Shown here: piece by piece, positions 21,104 to 31,670 of the stretch
Layout: every line of letters begins with the position of its first letter
How positions within the stretch are numbered: position 1 is the stretch's first letter
From: an uncultured archaeon
GTDB taxonomy: Archaea > Thermoplasmatota > Penumbrarchaeia > JASLWR01
Length of the DNA stretch: 64,000 nt
Assembly: GCA_964430885.1 (NCBI GenBank)
Contig: CAYSHM010000011.1
Coordinates: forward strand, 14,178-78,177
Direction: 5' to 3'
Translations under genes and position numbers: made by a program
Notes under the pieces: model-generated
The model's database searches: none
Seen by the model: only the letters and a program-made list of their open reading frames with translations
Told to the model about the DNA's origin: nothing

Positions 21104-22699
21104 ATGGGCAAGAAGGTAATTCTAATTGGTGTGGACGGAGCAACCTGGGACCTAATAATACCATGGGTGGAACAGGGTGAACTTCCAGCTTTCCAGAAAA
21201 TCATGTCTCATGGGAGCTGGGGCAAGCTCCAGAGCACCATTCCACCTTTATCCCCGCCGGCTTGGACGTCCATATTTACAGGTACAAATCCGGGAAAACA
21301 CAACATTTTTGGTTTTCTAAAAAGAAAAAAGGATTCCTATTTTGTAACTCCCATAAGCTCCAATGACAGGGAGGCAGTACCTCTATGGAAATATATATCG
21401 GGGAGCGGCAGACGCAGTGTACTTCTTAACATCCCCTTCAGTTATCCCCCCGATAAGATCAACGGCATAATGACAACAGGTCTGGGCACTCCATCGAGGG
21501 ATTCGGATTTCACCCATCCCAAGGATTTCAAAAAGCGCCTTCTGAAGGAATTTCCCGAGTTTGACGTGGATTTCAACGAGGATCTCATAGAGCTGGGTTC
21601 GGACAGGGACCCTGCAGATCATATTATCAAGATCACTGCCAGCCAAATTGCTGCAGCAAAGAAGTTGCTGGTAGAGGAAGAATGTGATCTCTTCGCAGCG
21701 GTCTTCAGGTCCACCGATGTTGTACAACACTACTACTGGTATCAGGAAGAAATGGTTCTGAAAACCTACAAGCAGATCGACTGCTTCATGGAATGGGTTC
21801 AGGAAAACCTAAGACCGGACCAGATACTTATGATCTGCTCGGATCATGGTTTTGCACCCATCCATACAAATATCTATGTGAATAACTGGTTGGAGAGAGC
21901 GGGTTTTTTATCATTGAAGAAGGGTCTGAAAAAGAAGAAGAAAAAAGGCACTAGCGGAGTACTGCCCAGTGCAGAGGCCATACAGGTCATGATGCTGAAA
22001 ATGGGATTGAAGAATCTGGTGAGCAGGCTTAAACGCTCCTCATTGGTGGAACCTTTGATCAGGTCCTTATTTTCTTCAGACAGAGTTCAGTATTTGTTCG
22101 ATATTGATTGGGAAAGAAGTAAATCCTATTTCCTTGACGGATCATTCGGTATGATAAATATCAATCTTAAGGGTCGGGAGCCCAAAGGCTGCATAAGTAA
22201 AAAAGATAGAGAGAAAATGATTCAAATAATTATGCGGAAAGCCCGGGATATTAAAGATGCAGCATCCGGGGGCATGGTTATCGAAGAGATTTTCAGAGGT
22301 GAAGATGTATATCACGGGCAATCTTCCCGGATTCCGGATATTGTTCTTGTAAGTAAAGAGGGATACAATCTTGTAGGCGGATATAATTATTCAGGAGAAA
22401 TAACTGAAAAGGTGGAGAGCCGATTCGGTGAGCATTCCAAATATGGAATTTTTGCCCTCCAAGGTCAGGGTGTTGAGAATAAGAAGGATATTGATGGTTT
22501 GGAAGTTTATGATATATCTCCCACTATAATGAGGGTATTGGGTATGGATATACCTCGTTCCATGGACGGGAAGGTAATGGGTGAAGTTCTGGATCATAAA
22601 CTCTTTTCCTCTTCAACGGAAAAACCTGCTCTGGAAGTCGAGGAATCCCTATTGATAAGTGAGCATATTGGGAAAATAGACTGGAAAAAGAAACTATAG
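21104..22699 (+). CDS. Alkaline phosphatase superfamily (type I phosphodiesterase/NPP-like) protein
   Basis: IGVDGATW, STIPPLSPPAW..TGTNPGKH, DVVQH, SDHGF, GEH..GIF. Confidence 0.87.
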   Translation: MGKKVILIGVDGATWDLIIPWVEQGELPAFQKIMSHGSWGKLQSTIPPLSPPAWTSIFTGTNPGKHNIFGFLKRKKDSYFVTPISSNDREAVPLWKYISGSGRRSVLLNIPFSYPPDKINGIMTTGLGTPSRDSDFTHPKDFKKRLLKEFPEFDVDFNEDLIELGSDRDPADHIIKITASQIAAAKKLLVEEECDLFAAVFRSTDVVQHYYWYQEEMVLKTYKQIDCFMEWVQENLRPDQILMICSDHGFAPIHTNIYVNNWLERAGFLSLKKGLKKKKKKGTSGVLPSAEAIQVMMLKMGLKNLVSRLKRSSLVEPLIRSLFSSDRVQYLFDIDWERSKSYFLDGSFGMININLKGREPKGCISKKDREKMIQIIMRKARDIKDAASGGMVIEEIFRGEDVYHGQSSRIPDIVLVSKEGYNLVGGYNYSGEITEKVESRFGEHSKYGIFALQGQGVENKKDIDGLEVYDISPTIMRVLGMDIPRSMDGKVMGEVLDHKLFSSSTEKPALEVEESLLISEHIGKIDWKKKL

Positions 22700-22758
22700 A
22701 CCTAGTTCAAGCTGAGTGGATTCTTGGGAATCATAGATAATAAATGGAGGTAGGCACA

Positions 22759-24465
22759 ATGAAAAGGACGAAACGGAAACGTGCTGGTCACGGCCATCGG
22801 ATTATTAATTCATCATCTGTCTCAGCCTCCTCGTCGGTCAAAAATCCAAATGCCGCAATGAAAAAGAATGGCGGAAAATATAATTATTCAAACAAAAGGA
22901 AAATGCTGATAGTGGGATTTGACGGAGCTTCGTTTTCACTCTTGAATAAATGGGCAACCGCCGGCCCCCTCCCTACATTCAAGGGATTAATAGAGAAGGG
23001 CGGTTACGGGATGCTGAAAAGTACAATTCCGCCTATTACCTTTCCAGCAATACCCAGTTTTATGACCGGTCAGAATCCGGGGAAACATGGGGTTTCCTCG
23101 TTTTTCAGACCCAAAAAGGACATGTCCCTAGGGCTTGTCCATTCAGGTTCGTTGAAGGGCGAGTTCTGGAACCTAGGAAATTTAAAAAATATGAAAAAGC
23201 TACTGATAAATCTTCCTCTCACATATCCGGCAAAACCTATAAAAGGTACACTTATCACCGGCGCCCTTACTCCCGATAAGGAAGATGATTATTTTACCCA
23301 CCCCAAGAGTCTGAAGGATGATTATTCCTCTATATTCAAGAATTATATCATTGATGTTGATCTGACCTATGCACCAGGTATGGAAAAACAGTACTGGGGT
23401 GAGTGCAGGAAGACGGCTGAAGGAAGGACCGATCTTGCAGAGGTGTTGCTGAAGGAGCGGGAATGGGACATCGCAATTATTTACTATACTCTTCTCGATA
23501 GACTCCAGCACAATCTATTCGGCCTTGACAACAATGAATGGATCCGGAAAGGCTATCAATTGGCGGATTCCATCCTGAACCGATTGATGGCAAATATCCC
23601 TGAGGGTTCCACCACGATGGTGTTCTCTGACCACGGGTTCGGAAGGTCCAAAGGCCGATTCTATCCCAACGCCTGGCTGGCTGAAAAGGGACTCCTGGTC
23701 TACAAGGATGGGGGTAAAGGCAGTTCGCTCATGGGCAAGCTAAGGGCCAAGCAGGGAAGCAGCGGGATGAAGATGCTGTCCCGCCTGATACCTGGAAGTG
23801 TTAAACAGAAACTCATAGGGCGGATGGAGAGCAAAGGCGGGTCTTATGACATGGGATCTGTGGATTGGGAGAAAACCAGTTATTATGCCACCATAAACGG
23901 GATATATAAGAATAAGAAGGGTCTCGCCGATCCGGCAGTCAGTCTTGATGAAATATGCACGTCTCTTAGAAACCTCAAAGATCCTTCGACTGGAAAACAA
24001 TTGAAAGTTACGGTCTGGAAAAAAAGTGAACTGTATGAGGGTCCTAGGGTAGATGATATGCCGGATATAGTATACAGCATTGGGAACTATGCATTTGAGC
24101 CCTTTGCTTCATTTGAAAACCTCCCCTATCTGCAGTCATTTGAGAATGTGTACAAGGGCTGGCACAGGGAAGAAGGTATATTTTTGTCATCGGGCCCCCA
24201 AATAAAGCAGGGTGAGCTAAAAGATATTCAAATATTTGACCTGGCCCCCACATTCATTCATCTTTTGGGGAATGCTGTACCTTCAGATTTGGATGGACGT
24301 GTGATACGTGCTATCTTGAAGGACGGCGGAGCTTCTGTTGTTGTCCGGGATGGCCCTGAAGGAGAAGGGGGCTCCGGTACAGAGATAAATGAAGATGATA
24401 CACTATCAGAAAAGACCCTCATTACAAAAACAGTGGGTGATATGTTCAGAAGGGGGGATATCTGA
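22759..24465 (+). CDS. Alkaline phosphatase superfamily (NPP-like) protein, paralog 2
   Basis: VGFDGA, STIPPITFPA..TGQNPGKH, DRLQH, SDHGF, GWH..GIF. Confidence 0.87.
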   Translation: MKRTKRKRAGHGHRIINSSSVSASSSVKNPNAAMKKNGGKYNYSNKRKMLIVGFDGASFSLLNKWATAGPLPTFKGLIEKGGYGMLKSTIPPITFPAIPSFMTGQNPGKHGVSSFFRPKKDMSLGLVHSGSLKGEFWNLGNLKNMKKLLINLPLTYPAKPIKGTLITGALTPDKEDDYFTHPKSLKDDYSSIFKNYIIDVDLTYAPGMEKQYWGECRKTAEGRTDLAEVLLKEREWDIAIIYYTLLDRLQHNLFGLDNNEWIRKGYQLADSILNRLMANIPEGSTTMVFSDHGFGRSKGRFYPNAWLAEKGLLVYKDGGKGSSLMGKLRAKQGSSGMKMLSRLIPGSVKQKLIGRMESKGGSYDMGSVDWEKTSYYATINGIYKNKKGLADPAVSLDEICTSLRNLKDPSTGKQLKVTVWKKSELYEGPRVDDMPDIVYSIGNYAFEPFASFENLPYLQSFENVYKGWHREEGIFLSSGPQIKQGELKDIQIFDLAPTFIHLLGNAVPSDLDGRVIRAILKDGGASVVVRDGPEGEGGSGTEINEDDTLSEKTLITKTVGDMFRRGDI

Positions 24466-24467
24466 AA

Positions 24468-27400
24468 ATGCCCTTATCTGACAGTGAGGACCCCGATATG
24501 AATGGTTCATCGAGGGACCCGCCAGGCTCTACAGGTTCAAGAAGCATATTGGGAATAGTAAAAGAAAAGCTCACAAGTGAAAGGTCCAAGATGATATTGA
24601 AAACCTATTATCTTCCAATAACAATATTCTTGGTGCTGTCATTGCTTATTCATCGGAAACTGCTTTTTACAGACGGGATGATAGTCAATGGGGATATGGT
24701 TCGCCCACCTTCCCTTGGAAGGTATTTCGGTTATTTTTATCCAATGTGGAACGAATTTGACAGTGTTACTGTGCTGTCCCGGCTGCCTCAGCTTCTGTTC
24801 TACGCCCCTTTTTTTGCTTTATCTTTCCTTTTTGGACTGGATACAGCTGGAATGGTAATGCTTGTTCTGATATTCATAAAGGCACTTGCAGGAATATCCA
24901 TGTACTTTTCTATCAGGTATTTACTGAAGAAGACCTTTAACTTAGAAGATGATGAAATAAAGGGTCTAAAAATCTGGGCAGCTTGTCTTCTTCCGGCCCT
25001 TCTTTATATGTGGAGTTCCTACGGGATATACCATGCATTTCATCCTGCCATAATGGCAGCTTATGCTCTGGGTCCATTGATGTTCCTGACCCTTGTGAAG
25101 GGTATAAACGAGAGGAATCCCAAGATGCTGATCCTTGCAGGGTTTCTATGGAGTGTATCATGTGGGGCCGTCCATTGGACCATTTACGGGCCGCTTCTGC
25201 TTCTCGGATACATTTTCTATAGTGTCGTCAGAAGGCTTATTGCCATAATTATCCGGAAAAAGAGCAGAGCGGAAAATGACCGTAACAAGAGAAGTGATTC
25301 AAAGAAGTATTTTATTACCCATCTCAGCTCTCTTTTTATTCTGTTGGTCAGCTTTGCAGGTTTCTCGGCATACTGGCTGATCCCGGGTTTTTTCATGGGA
25401 GGTACAGGCCGTTATTCCGGTACAATGGACGCGTCCTCATTGGAAATGAGCTATGCTCGCTCTTCGATCATGGACATATTTACCAGATATTCATCCCATG
25501 CTGTTGAATCGGATATCTATATGTCCCAATCTGCCTTTGCGAACGGTGCAGGTTTTGAGGGAATAATCACAATTATGGGTATTTTTGTTTTTCTGGTCGC
25601 CATATCGGCCATTTTTATGAAACCCCGAAACAGATATGTTCAGTTCTTCTTTATTTTCGGATCATTGATAGTTCTACTTACCGTGTTGGTTCATTATTTC
25701 CCTTCGACTGGTAATTGGCTGATAAATAACGCTCCTTTTTCAGGGATATACGGCTGGTCTCTAAGAACGCCGAAAATATCCCAATTTATTGTTCTAGCTC
25801 TCTCCTTCCTATCTGCTTTCAGCATATACCTTATCCTCCAAAAGATAAAGGGAATGAATATAAAGGTCAGGGTCGTACCGAAAACCCTAAGTCTTCTCTT
25901 CGTGGTATTGCTGTTGACTTCCGCAGTATTGCCCAACTGGCCTTATGCAACCGGTGATATGAACGGAGCTTATTCCCATGTGGAGATGCCTGATGAGTTT
26001 CAACAAGCCAATCAATGGCTTTCTTCCAAAGAAGGTGATTTCAAGGTGCTGTGGATACCTTCTTACAGCGGCCGGAATGTATTCTGGAACAAGGACCACC
26101 GGACCTTTCGAGATATTGCTTCCCTTTCTTCTTCTCAACCTACCTATCACTACGATACCGCCAATATGGAGCCCAACGGCTATGGAATATATTATCTCGA
26201 ATCAATTATCTCCGATCTCGATCCCCACTCACTCCTAATGGCAAATGAAACCGTGAATTTGGGGAAGATAATAGCACCCTTGGGAATCCGATATCTGATC
26301 TTCCATAATGACAATGGAACCTATGTTGACCCTGAAAAAATTATCAATAATATTGAATCACAGGAAGACATGCAATTGATCAGGAGTTTCGGATTTATCC
26401 ACATTTTTGAAAACCTTGCATTTACAAATTCTTTCAAAGAACATTTCTCCATTTGGGACCGCAGTTCTTTTTTCATGGGCGATATGTCCTCACTTTCAAA
26501 TCTTTGCTCCATTGATGATTTTGATCCTTCAAAAAGCGGTTTGATATTTGGAGAGCAGAAGGGCTGCGATATCGAAGAATTTGATGAACTGGTGGATGAA
26601 ATTATTCTCACGAAAGGAAGAGTTGCTGATGATATTCCATTTACTTTCATAGATGAGAAATACCTTCTCGAACCCGGGAAATATGCAGGTTCGGATTCTC
26701 CGGACGAGACCTGGCAGGGTTTGGATATGAAGGATATAATGACCTTCAGAAATCAGCGCTGGGGAGGTTTGAAGGCTTGGGACTGGGGATACGGGGCCAC
26801 TGTTGCACATACCTGGAACACAGGAGATTTTGATGAAGAAATGGAATTGGGAGAACATCAACTTTATCATTCCTTGGACATGGAGGACGGGACTGGATTA
26901 TTTTCAGTGCAGACCGATAATATCACCCTGGAAAATCCCGAGAGATCAACTTCCGGTAAGTTTTCTCTTTCAGGCACTCTGCCTATAGGAAGTCCTCTGG
27001 ATGACCAGATAATTGTATCAGATATAATGCTCATAAAGGAAGGTTCATATAGATATAGAATGGCCTTTGATCTAGAATGCCAGGATGTTTTCAATTTTCA
27101 ATTCGTAGTGAAGTTATTCGATACTGATAAAAATATAATTGGAAGGGAGTTCCTTCTATCACAGGGAGGTAGTTTTAATTTCAAGGAATTCTATGATGAT
27201 ATGGAGTTTCCATCCAATACTGTTTATTACCAGATCAAGCTGAAATCAAACAATGATCCTTACAAGGAATCCAATTGGTACCTGGACAACATCCGCTTCT
27301 ACGATCTTGAAGAATTAATAGTTCCCAATACTCTGGAATTTGATTTCAATGTTGCTTCATCGTCGGAATATGATATTTTCATCAGATCTCACTCTGGAAT

Positions 27401-30077
27401 GAAGGGCGGAAGGTTTAGGATTGGGATTGATGAGACCTATAAGGAAACCATTGAAACCTATTCTGAGGACAGCAGCTTTCAGTGGGGCTTTTTAACCCGT
27501 AAAATTTTAGAAAAAGGCACCCACAGCATCAACTTGGATAACCTGGTTGGATATAATGCTGTGAATTTGATAGCGGTAATTCCAAGCTCGGAACTGGAAG
27601 TGCTGAGAGCGGAGCTTCAATCTCTTCTAGAGAACAAACCTATAACCGAGATATATACCTTGAGCGGTGAGGAAAAATTGGATTATGGAAGCCCTCTGAA
27701 ACTTCATCTGGATGCCCCTCAAACAGCGGATTATTCCTTGATGGTGCGGAGTCAGGACGGTAGGATTTCCGGACAGCTTTTATTGAAGTCGGGATCTGAC
27801 AGATTCCAGATGCTTTCGGGGGATGAAATTGGCAGCAATGGGATGTTGCAGAGTGATGAATTTCCTTCCTATGTTTGGAAGAATGAGACCATCAGCACAG
27901 AATCATGGGAACTGGAAGCATCCATGCCCTTCGAGGAGGACTGGGTGCATTCACATGAATATAACGGCAGCTGGTCCCAGCCTTTGAATGAGACGATCAT
28001 AAACGAGGCATCAACCAAGAATTATGTTCACAACTGTTCATTTGAGAGCGGGTGGAATCAGTCTATGTTTATTCCTGAAAACTGGACCGCTCCGGCAAAT
28101 GGTTTTCAGGTTTCACTGGATACCAAAAACTCTACTCATGGAAAAAATTCTTTGATGATCACCTCCAATGAATCATTCCAGGGGGAATGGAGCAGTATGG
28201 AGGGTCAGCTTCCTGACCTCATGGAAAATGATACGTATGTTATTGGAAGCGATGTGAGGTTCGTCAACACCAATAAGAGCCACATTAAAATCCAGGGCTA
28301 TTCAGAAGAGGCGAATAAATGGAAGGATATTGGTAATCTGCTGACAAGGTCACAGGGTACTGGCAGTTCAGATTGGATGGAGCTTTCCAAGGAGTTCACA
28401 GTTCCATTGAACATTTCTGAGATCCGAATGAAATTGAATGCAGGAAGCAAGCTCGATCCAATGGGGCCTGATGCGGTGTTTTGGCTCGACAATATTTCCC
28501 TTTACCAAAATAATGTCAGCATCGAAGTTGAAACAATAAAATTCACTGCTGAAAATGATGGGTCGAAGCACACCCAGGGAGCTTATTCACTCATGGTAAC
28601 TACAGACTGCACTGATCCTAATAAGTGGAGCTCAATGGAGAGCTACAATATTCCTGTTGCTGGAGGTGCCGATTACCTGGTTGATATAGATGCCAAGTTC
28701 AGCAATACAAATAAATCATTTATCAAACTGCAGGGCTTGAATAGTTATTCAGGCGAATGGGAAGATATTAAGAGCATTGTGTCCCGTGAAGACGGGACCG
28801 GGTCAGGAGATTGGATTACCTACAATAAGAGTTTCATATGTCCTATAAGTGTCACCCATATCAGGCTAAAGGTTAATTCCGGCAGTGTATTGGATTTGCA
28901 GTCAGGAAACGCTACCACTTGGCTCGATAACTTCGCCTTGGAGAAGCATGTTCTCAGCACTTATCAGAACCCTGTTTTATCCCTTAACTATCATAGCCAT
29001 GCTGTGGGGAATGATACATCCATTAAGGGTATCAGCACGTGGTATTATATTCCTTCAGTTTCACTCCTCCAAGGAGCAAATGAACTTGACATCGAATCCT
29101 TGCCATTGGGTCCCTTTGTCTTTGGATCATCATTTGAGGATATTGCGAAGGGACAGGCCTGGACTTTTAATGATGGAAATGAACTCGACATAACCACCTC
29201 CTCTCAAATGTCTAGCAAAACTGTTTTACCTTGGTCTGCGAGACTTGACCATGGTAATTTTACGCACGGCGATCATTCTCTGAGTCTGACAGGTGATAGG
29301 GATGGGAATGATGGAGAATGGAGCATAATTACCAGGGACCTTCTATTGGATAAGGCTGGCGATTATTACTTGAGCCTCGATACACGCTCCACCGAAAGCG
29401 GAGGGATATTCGCCCGCATTGCGGGGTTCAATATTTCCAGTTCCCATTGGGAAGAACTAGTGATAATTCAGGGCAGTGAAGGAACTCCTTTGGAATGGAG
29501 GGAGTTATCAGGAGGTTTATTCATTCCAGATCACATATCCCGCATCAAGATATCTTTAGGTATGAATGCATCAATGGATGATAATGACGATGATTTTTCC
29601 ATTTGGTTCGATAGCCTGAGATTCAATTTCCTGGCTTTAAATCAGGACACATCAGCCTTTGATATGGCGATTCTTCATTCAGAAACGGACGTGAGAATTC
29701 CTGAGGACATATTTGACCATGAAAGCTTAGCTGAAATCCTGTATACTGAAGAGATTTCCCCCTTGAAGTACAGGTTAGATATCACATCCGGCGGACCATT
29801 CATTCTGTCCCTAAGGCATACCTATGATGAGTATTGGGTTGCCCGTGTTGAAGGCGGAGGTGACAGTGAGAGTATAGCTGTCCAAGGAATGCTGAATGGC
29901 TTTTATATCAACCGGACGGGGAACTATACAGTTACAGTTGAGTATTTACCCCAAAAATGGTCCGTCAATGGAATTTACGTAACTATAATTTTTGTATTGG
30001 CTTTGGACATCTGCCTTCTATTTTGCCGTTTTGGACCCCTTGGGCCCTGTAGAATAAAGAAACGAAAAGGGGTCTAG
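24468..30077 (+). CDS. Giant multi-pass GT-C-like membrane protein (AftD/YfhO-like) with tandem carbohydrate-binding-like beta-sandwich domains
   Basis: About 12-13 N-terminal TMs, A..WL....GDFKVLWIP, LGIRYLIFHND, repeated (S)FE...G..SL...W.....WxDN modules, C-terminal YDEYWVA..NGF..EYLPQ + TM. Confidence 0.65.
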   Translation: MPLSDSEDPDMNGSSRDPPGSTGSRSILGIVKEKLTSERSKMILKTYYLPITIFLVLSLLIHRKLLFTDGMIVNGDMVRPPSLGRYFGYFYPMWNEFDSVTVLSRLPQLLFYAPFFALSFLFGLDTAGMVMLVLIFIKALAGISMYFSIRYLLKKTFNLEDDEIKGLKIWAACLLPALLYMWSSYGIYHAFHPAIMAAYALGPLMFLTLVKGINERNPKMLILAGFLWSVSCGAVHWTIYGPLLLLGYIFYSVVRRLIAIIIRKKSRAENDRNKRSDSKKYFITHLSSLFILLVSFAGFSAYWLIPGFFMGGTGRYSGTMDASSLEMSYARSSIMDIFTRYSSHAVESDIYMSQSAFANGAGFEGIITIMGIFVFLVAISAIFMKPRNRYVQFFFIFGSLIVLLTVLVHYFPSTGNWLINNAPFSGIYGWSLRTPKISQFIVLALSFLSAFSIYLILQKIKGMNIKVRVVPKTLSLLFVVLLLTSAVLPNWPYATGDMNGAYSHVEMPDEFQQANQWLSSKEGDFKVLWIPSYSGRNVFWNKDHRTFRDIASLSSSQPTYHYDTANMEPNGYGIYYLESIISDLDPHSLLMANETVNLGKIIAPLGIRYLIFHNDNGTYVDPEKIINNIESQEDMQLIRSFGFIHIFENLAFTNSFKEHFSIWDRSSFFMGDMSSLSNLCSIDDFDPSKSGLIFGEQKGCDIEEFDELVDEIILTKGRVADDIPFTFIDEKYLLEPGKYAGSDSPDETWQGLDMKDIMTFRNQRWGGLKAWDWGYGATVAHTWNTGDFDEEMELGEHQLYHSLDMEDGTGLFSVQTDNITLENPERSTSGKFSLSGTLPIGSPLDDQIIVSDIMLIKEGSYRYRMAFDLECQDVFNFQFVVKLFDTDKNIIGREFLLSQGGSFNFKEFYDDMEFPSNTVYYQIKLKSNNDPYKESNWYLDNIRFYDLEELIVPNTLEFDFNVASSSEYDIFIRSHSGMKGGRFRIGIDETYKETIETYSEDSSFQWGFLTRKILEKGTHSINLDNLVGYNAVNLIAVIPSSELEVLRAELQSLLENKPITEIYTLSGEEKLDYGSPLKLHLDAPQTADYSLMVRSQDGRISGQLLLKSGSDRFQMLSGDEIGSNGMLQSDEFPSYVWKNETISTESWELEASMPFEEDWVHSHEYNGSWSQPLNETIINEASTKNYVHNCSFESGWNQSMFIPENWTAPANGFQVSLDTKNSTHGKNSLMITSNESFQGEWSSMEGQLPDLMENDTYVIGSDVRFVNTNKSHIKIQGYSEEANKWKDIGNLLTRSQGTGSSDWMELSKEFTVPLNISEIRMKLNAGSKLDPMGPDAVFWLDNISLYQNNVSIEVETIKFTAENDGSKHTQGAYSLMVTTDCTDPNKWSSMESYNIPVAGGADYLVDIDAKFSNTNKSFIKLQGLNSYSGEWEDIKSIVSREDGTGSGDWITYNKSFICPISVTHIRLKVNSGSVLDLQSGNATTWLDNFALEKHVLSTYQNPVLSLNYHSHAVGNDTSIKGISTWYYIPSVSLLQGANELDIESLPLGPFVFGSSFEDIAKGQAWTFNDGNELDITTSSQMSSKTVLPWSARLDHGNFTHGDHSLSLTGDRDGNDGEWSIITRDLLLDKAGDYYLSLDTRSTESGGIFARIAGFNISSSHWEELVIIQGSEGTPLEWRELSGGLFIPDHISRIKISLGMNASMDDNDDDFSIWFDSLRFNFLALNQDTSAFDMAILHSETDVRIPEDIFDHESLAEILYTEEISPLKYRLDITSGGPFILSLRHTYDEYWVARVEGGGDSESIAVQGMLNGFYINRTGNYTVTVEYLPQKWSVNGIYVTIIFVLALDICLLFCRFGPLGPCRIKKRKGV

Positions 30078-30092
30078 AGCGGAAAATTGATT

Positions 30093-31457
30093 TTATATCT
30101 CAGTACTATCCAGACTGTTTTCGAGTGTTTTCTTGTCTAGAAAAAGGGTTAAAAGCAGTATTATTGCAGATATTGCAATGTTTGATGCAAGGAATATCAA
30201 AAGAAAAATCCATAGTGTTTCGGAAACAGTGTAAAGTATCACCAGCTCGGTGATGGTGAGGATCAAGAAGGTATGGATGACTAATAACTTCTTTTTAGCT
30301 AGATTATAGTAGATTAAAAGGGTGGTTATTGAAAAAAAGAAAATAGTAAGGGCATATACGGGCAGGTATTTCTCCGCGCCTAGGAATTCCCTGCCGTAGA
30401 CCAGTCTCAGCACGGTCGCTGGAAAAAAAGCCAGGACTGAGACCGCAAGACCTGCCAGCAGTATTGTAAAACCTAAGCTCTTAAGAAGTAGTTTTTTTTG
30501 ATTATCATAGGTATTGAGTCCCTGAACCACCTTTGGGAACATAACGGTGGCCACGGCCATTGGCAGGAAGAATATTATTTTACCGAAAATCGAGGCGGCA
30601 GCATATAGACCAGTGTCCTGAGAGAACAGGTTTTTTACAAGTAGAACATCTATATTTGTGGGGGTCATTATACAAATGACCGAGAGAAATACCGGCAGGG
30701 AAAAACTTGATATGTTTTTGAAATCCAATTTTTCATTCCTGACCTGATTCTTTATTTGGTCTGCTTTCTTTTTTCTGTATTGGTAACAATGTATTAGTAT
30801 AAATGAAATAACAAGGGCGGTCAGCTGTCCCATAACGATACCGCTGACAGCTCCGTAAATACCCATTCCAATAAGTACCAGTGCAACGCCTACACCTAAT
30901 TTCACAACCGCTTGGGAAACATTGGATGCGGCCAGGGACCAGAACCTCTGTGAGCCCTGCAGGAACCCCAGATTCACTGGCAATACGAATGATATCAGCA
31001 GTACAGCACCCACTGGGACTATCACAAATACAGGGGACATATGCAGGAATTCCCCGATAACCCTGCTCATTACGCACATTACAATAAATCCAGTAAATGC
31101 GAACGCAGTCAGATAGAGAATCATTTTTCGATATAGTTTTTCAATGCTCAGATTATCTCCTATAGATTTGAAACGAGAAATATACCTGGCTGCAATAAGT
31201 TTGATTGTCCTGCTGGATATTGAAAAAATAAAAAAAGATAGTGCGAAAACAGCACTGAAATCCCCATATGTGTCCTTGCCCAGACTTCTGCCCATGATTA
31301 TATGATAAAGTTGGTTCAACAACCCTGCGGTCATTGTAGCCAAGATCATTATGGTTCCCGATCTATATAGATCATCTGATTTCAATCTTGATATCAATCC
31401 CACAAATTCGTTCTCCGTATTCGATTTTGATCCATGAAAGGTTTTTGGGTTGGTCAA
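30093..31457 (-). CDS. Oligosaccharide flippase (Wzx/MOP family)
   Basis: About 12 TMs, GRSLGKDTYGDF, DVLLVKNLFS..TGLYAAA, FPKV. Confidence 0.85.
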   Translation of the reverse strand: MTNPKTFHGSKSNTENEFVGLISRLKSDDLYRSGTIMILATMTAGLLNQLYHIIMGRSLGKDTYGDFSAVFALSFFIFSISSRTIKLIAARYISRFKSIGDNLSIEKLYRKMILYLTAFAFTGFIVMCVMSRVIGEFLHMSPVFVIVPVGAVLLISFVLPVNLGFLQGSQRFWSLAASNVSQAVVKLGVGVALVLIGMGIYGAVSGIVMGQLTALVISFILIHCYQYRKKKADQIKNQVRNEKLDFKNISSFSLPVFLSVICIMTPTNIDVLLVKNLFSQDTGLYAAASIFGKIIFFLPMAVATVMFPKVVQGLNTYDNQKKLLLKSLGFTILLAGLAVSVLAFFPATVLRLVYGREFLGAEKYLPVYALTIFFFSITTLLIYYNLAKKKLLVIHTFLILTITELVILYTVSETLWIFLLIFLASNIAISAIILLLTLFLDKKTLENSLDSTEI

Positions 31458-31630
31458 TTGACAGCCGTGTAGGACCGAGACATGATGAAAATGATTTAAT
31501 CTTTACCTGATTCTCTACCAAATAGGGTCAAAATAAACGTAGAAATGTGATATTTATATACCTAAAAAGAGACAATCGGGTTGAATTATTAAGTATTGTT
31601 CAGCCAAAATGGTAATTATTGGACCTACTG

Positions 31631-31650
31631 GAAAAAAAATTTATATATAT
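31631..31650 (+). promoter_or_regulatory. BRE-TATA promoter, probably giving a leaderless mRNA
   Basis: gaaaaaaaat-ttatatatat about 25-30 nt upstream of ATG 31671, with no strong SD. Confidence 0.5.
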
Positions 31651-31670
31651 AATTGACCTTAGAATCAGGT

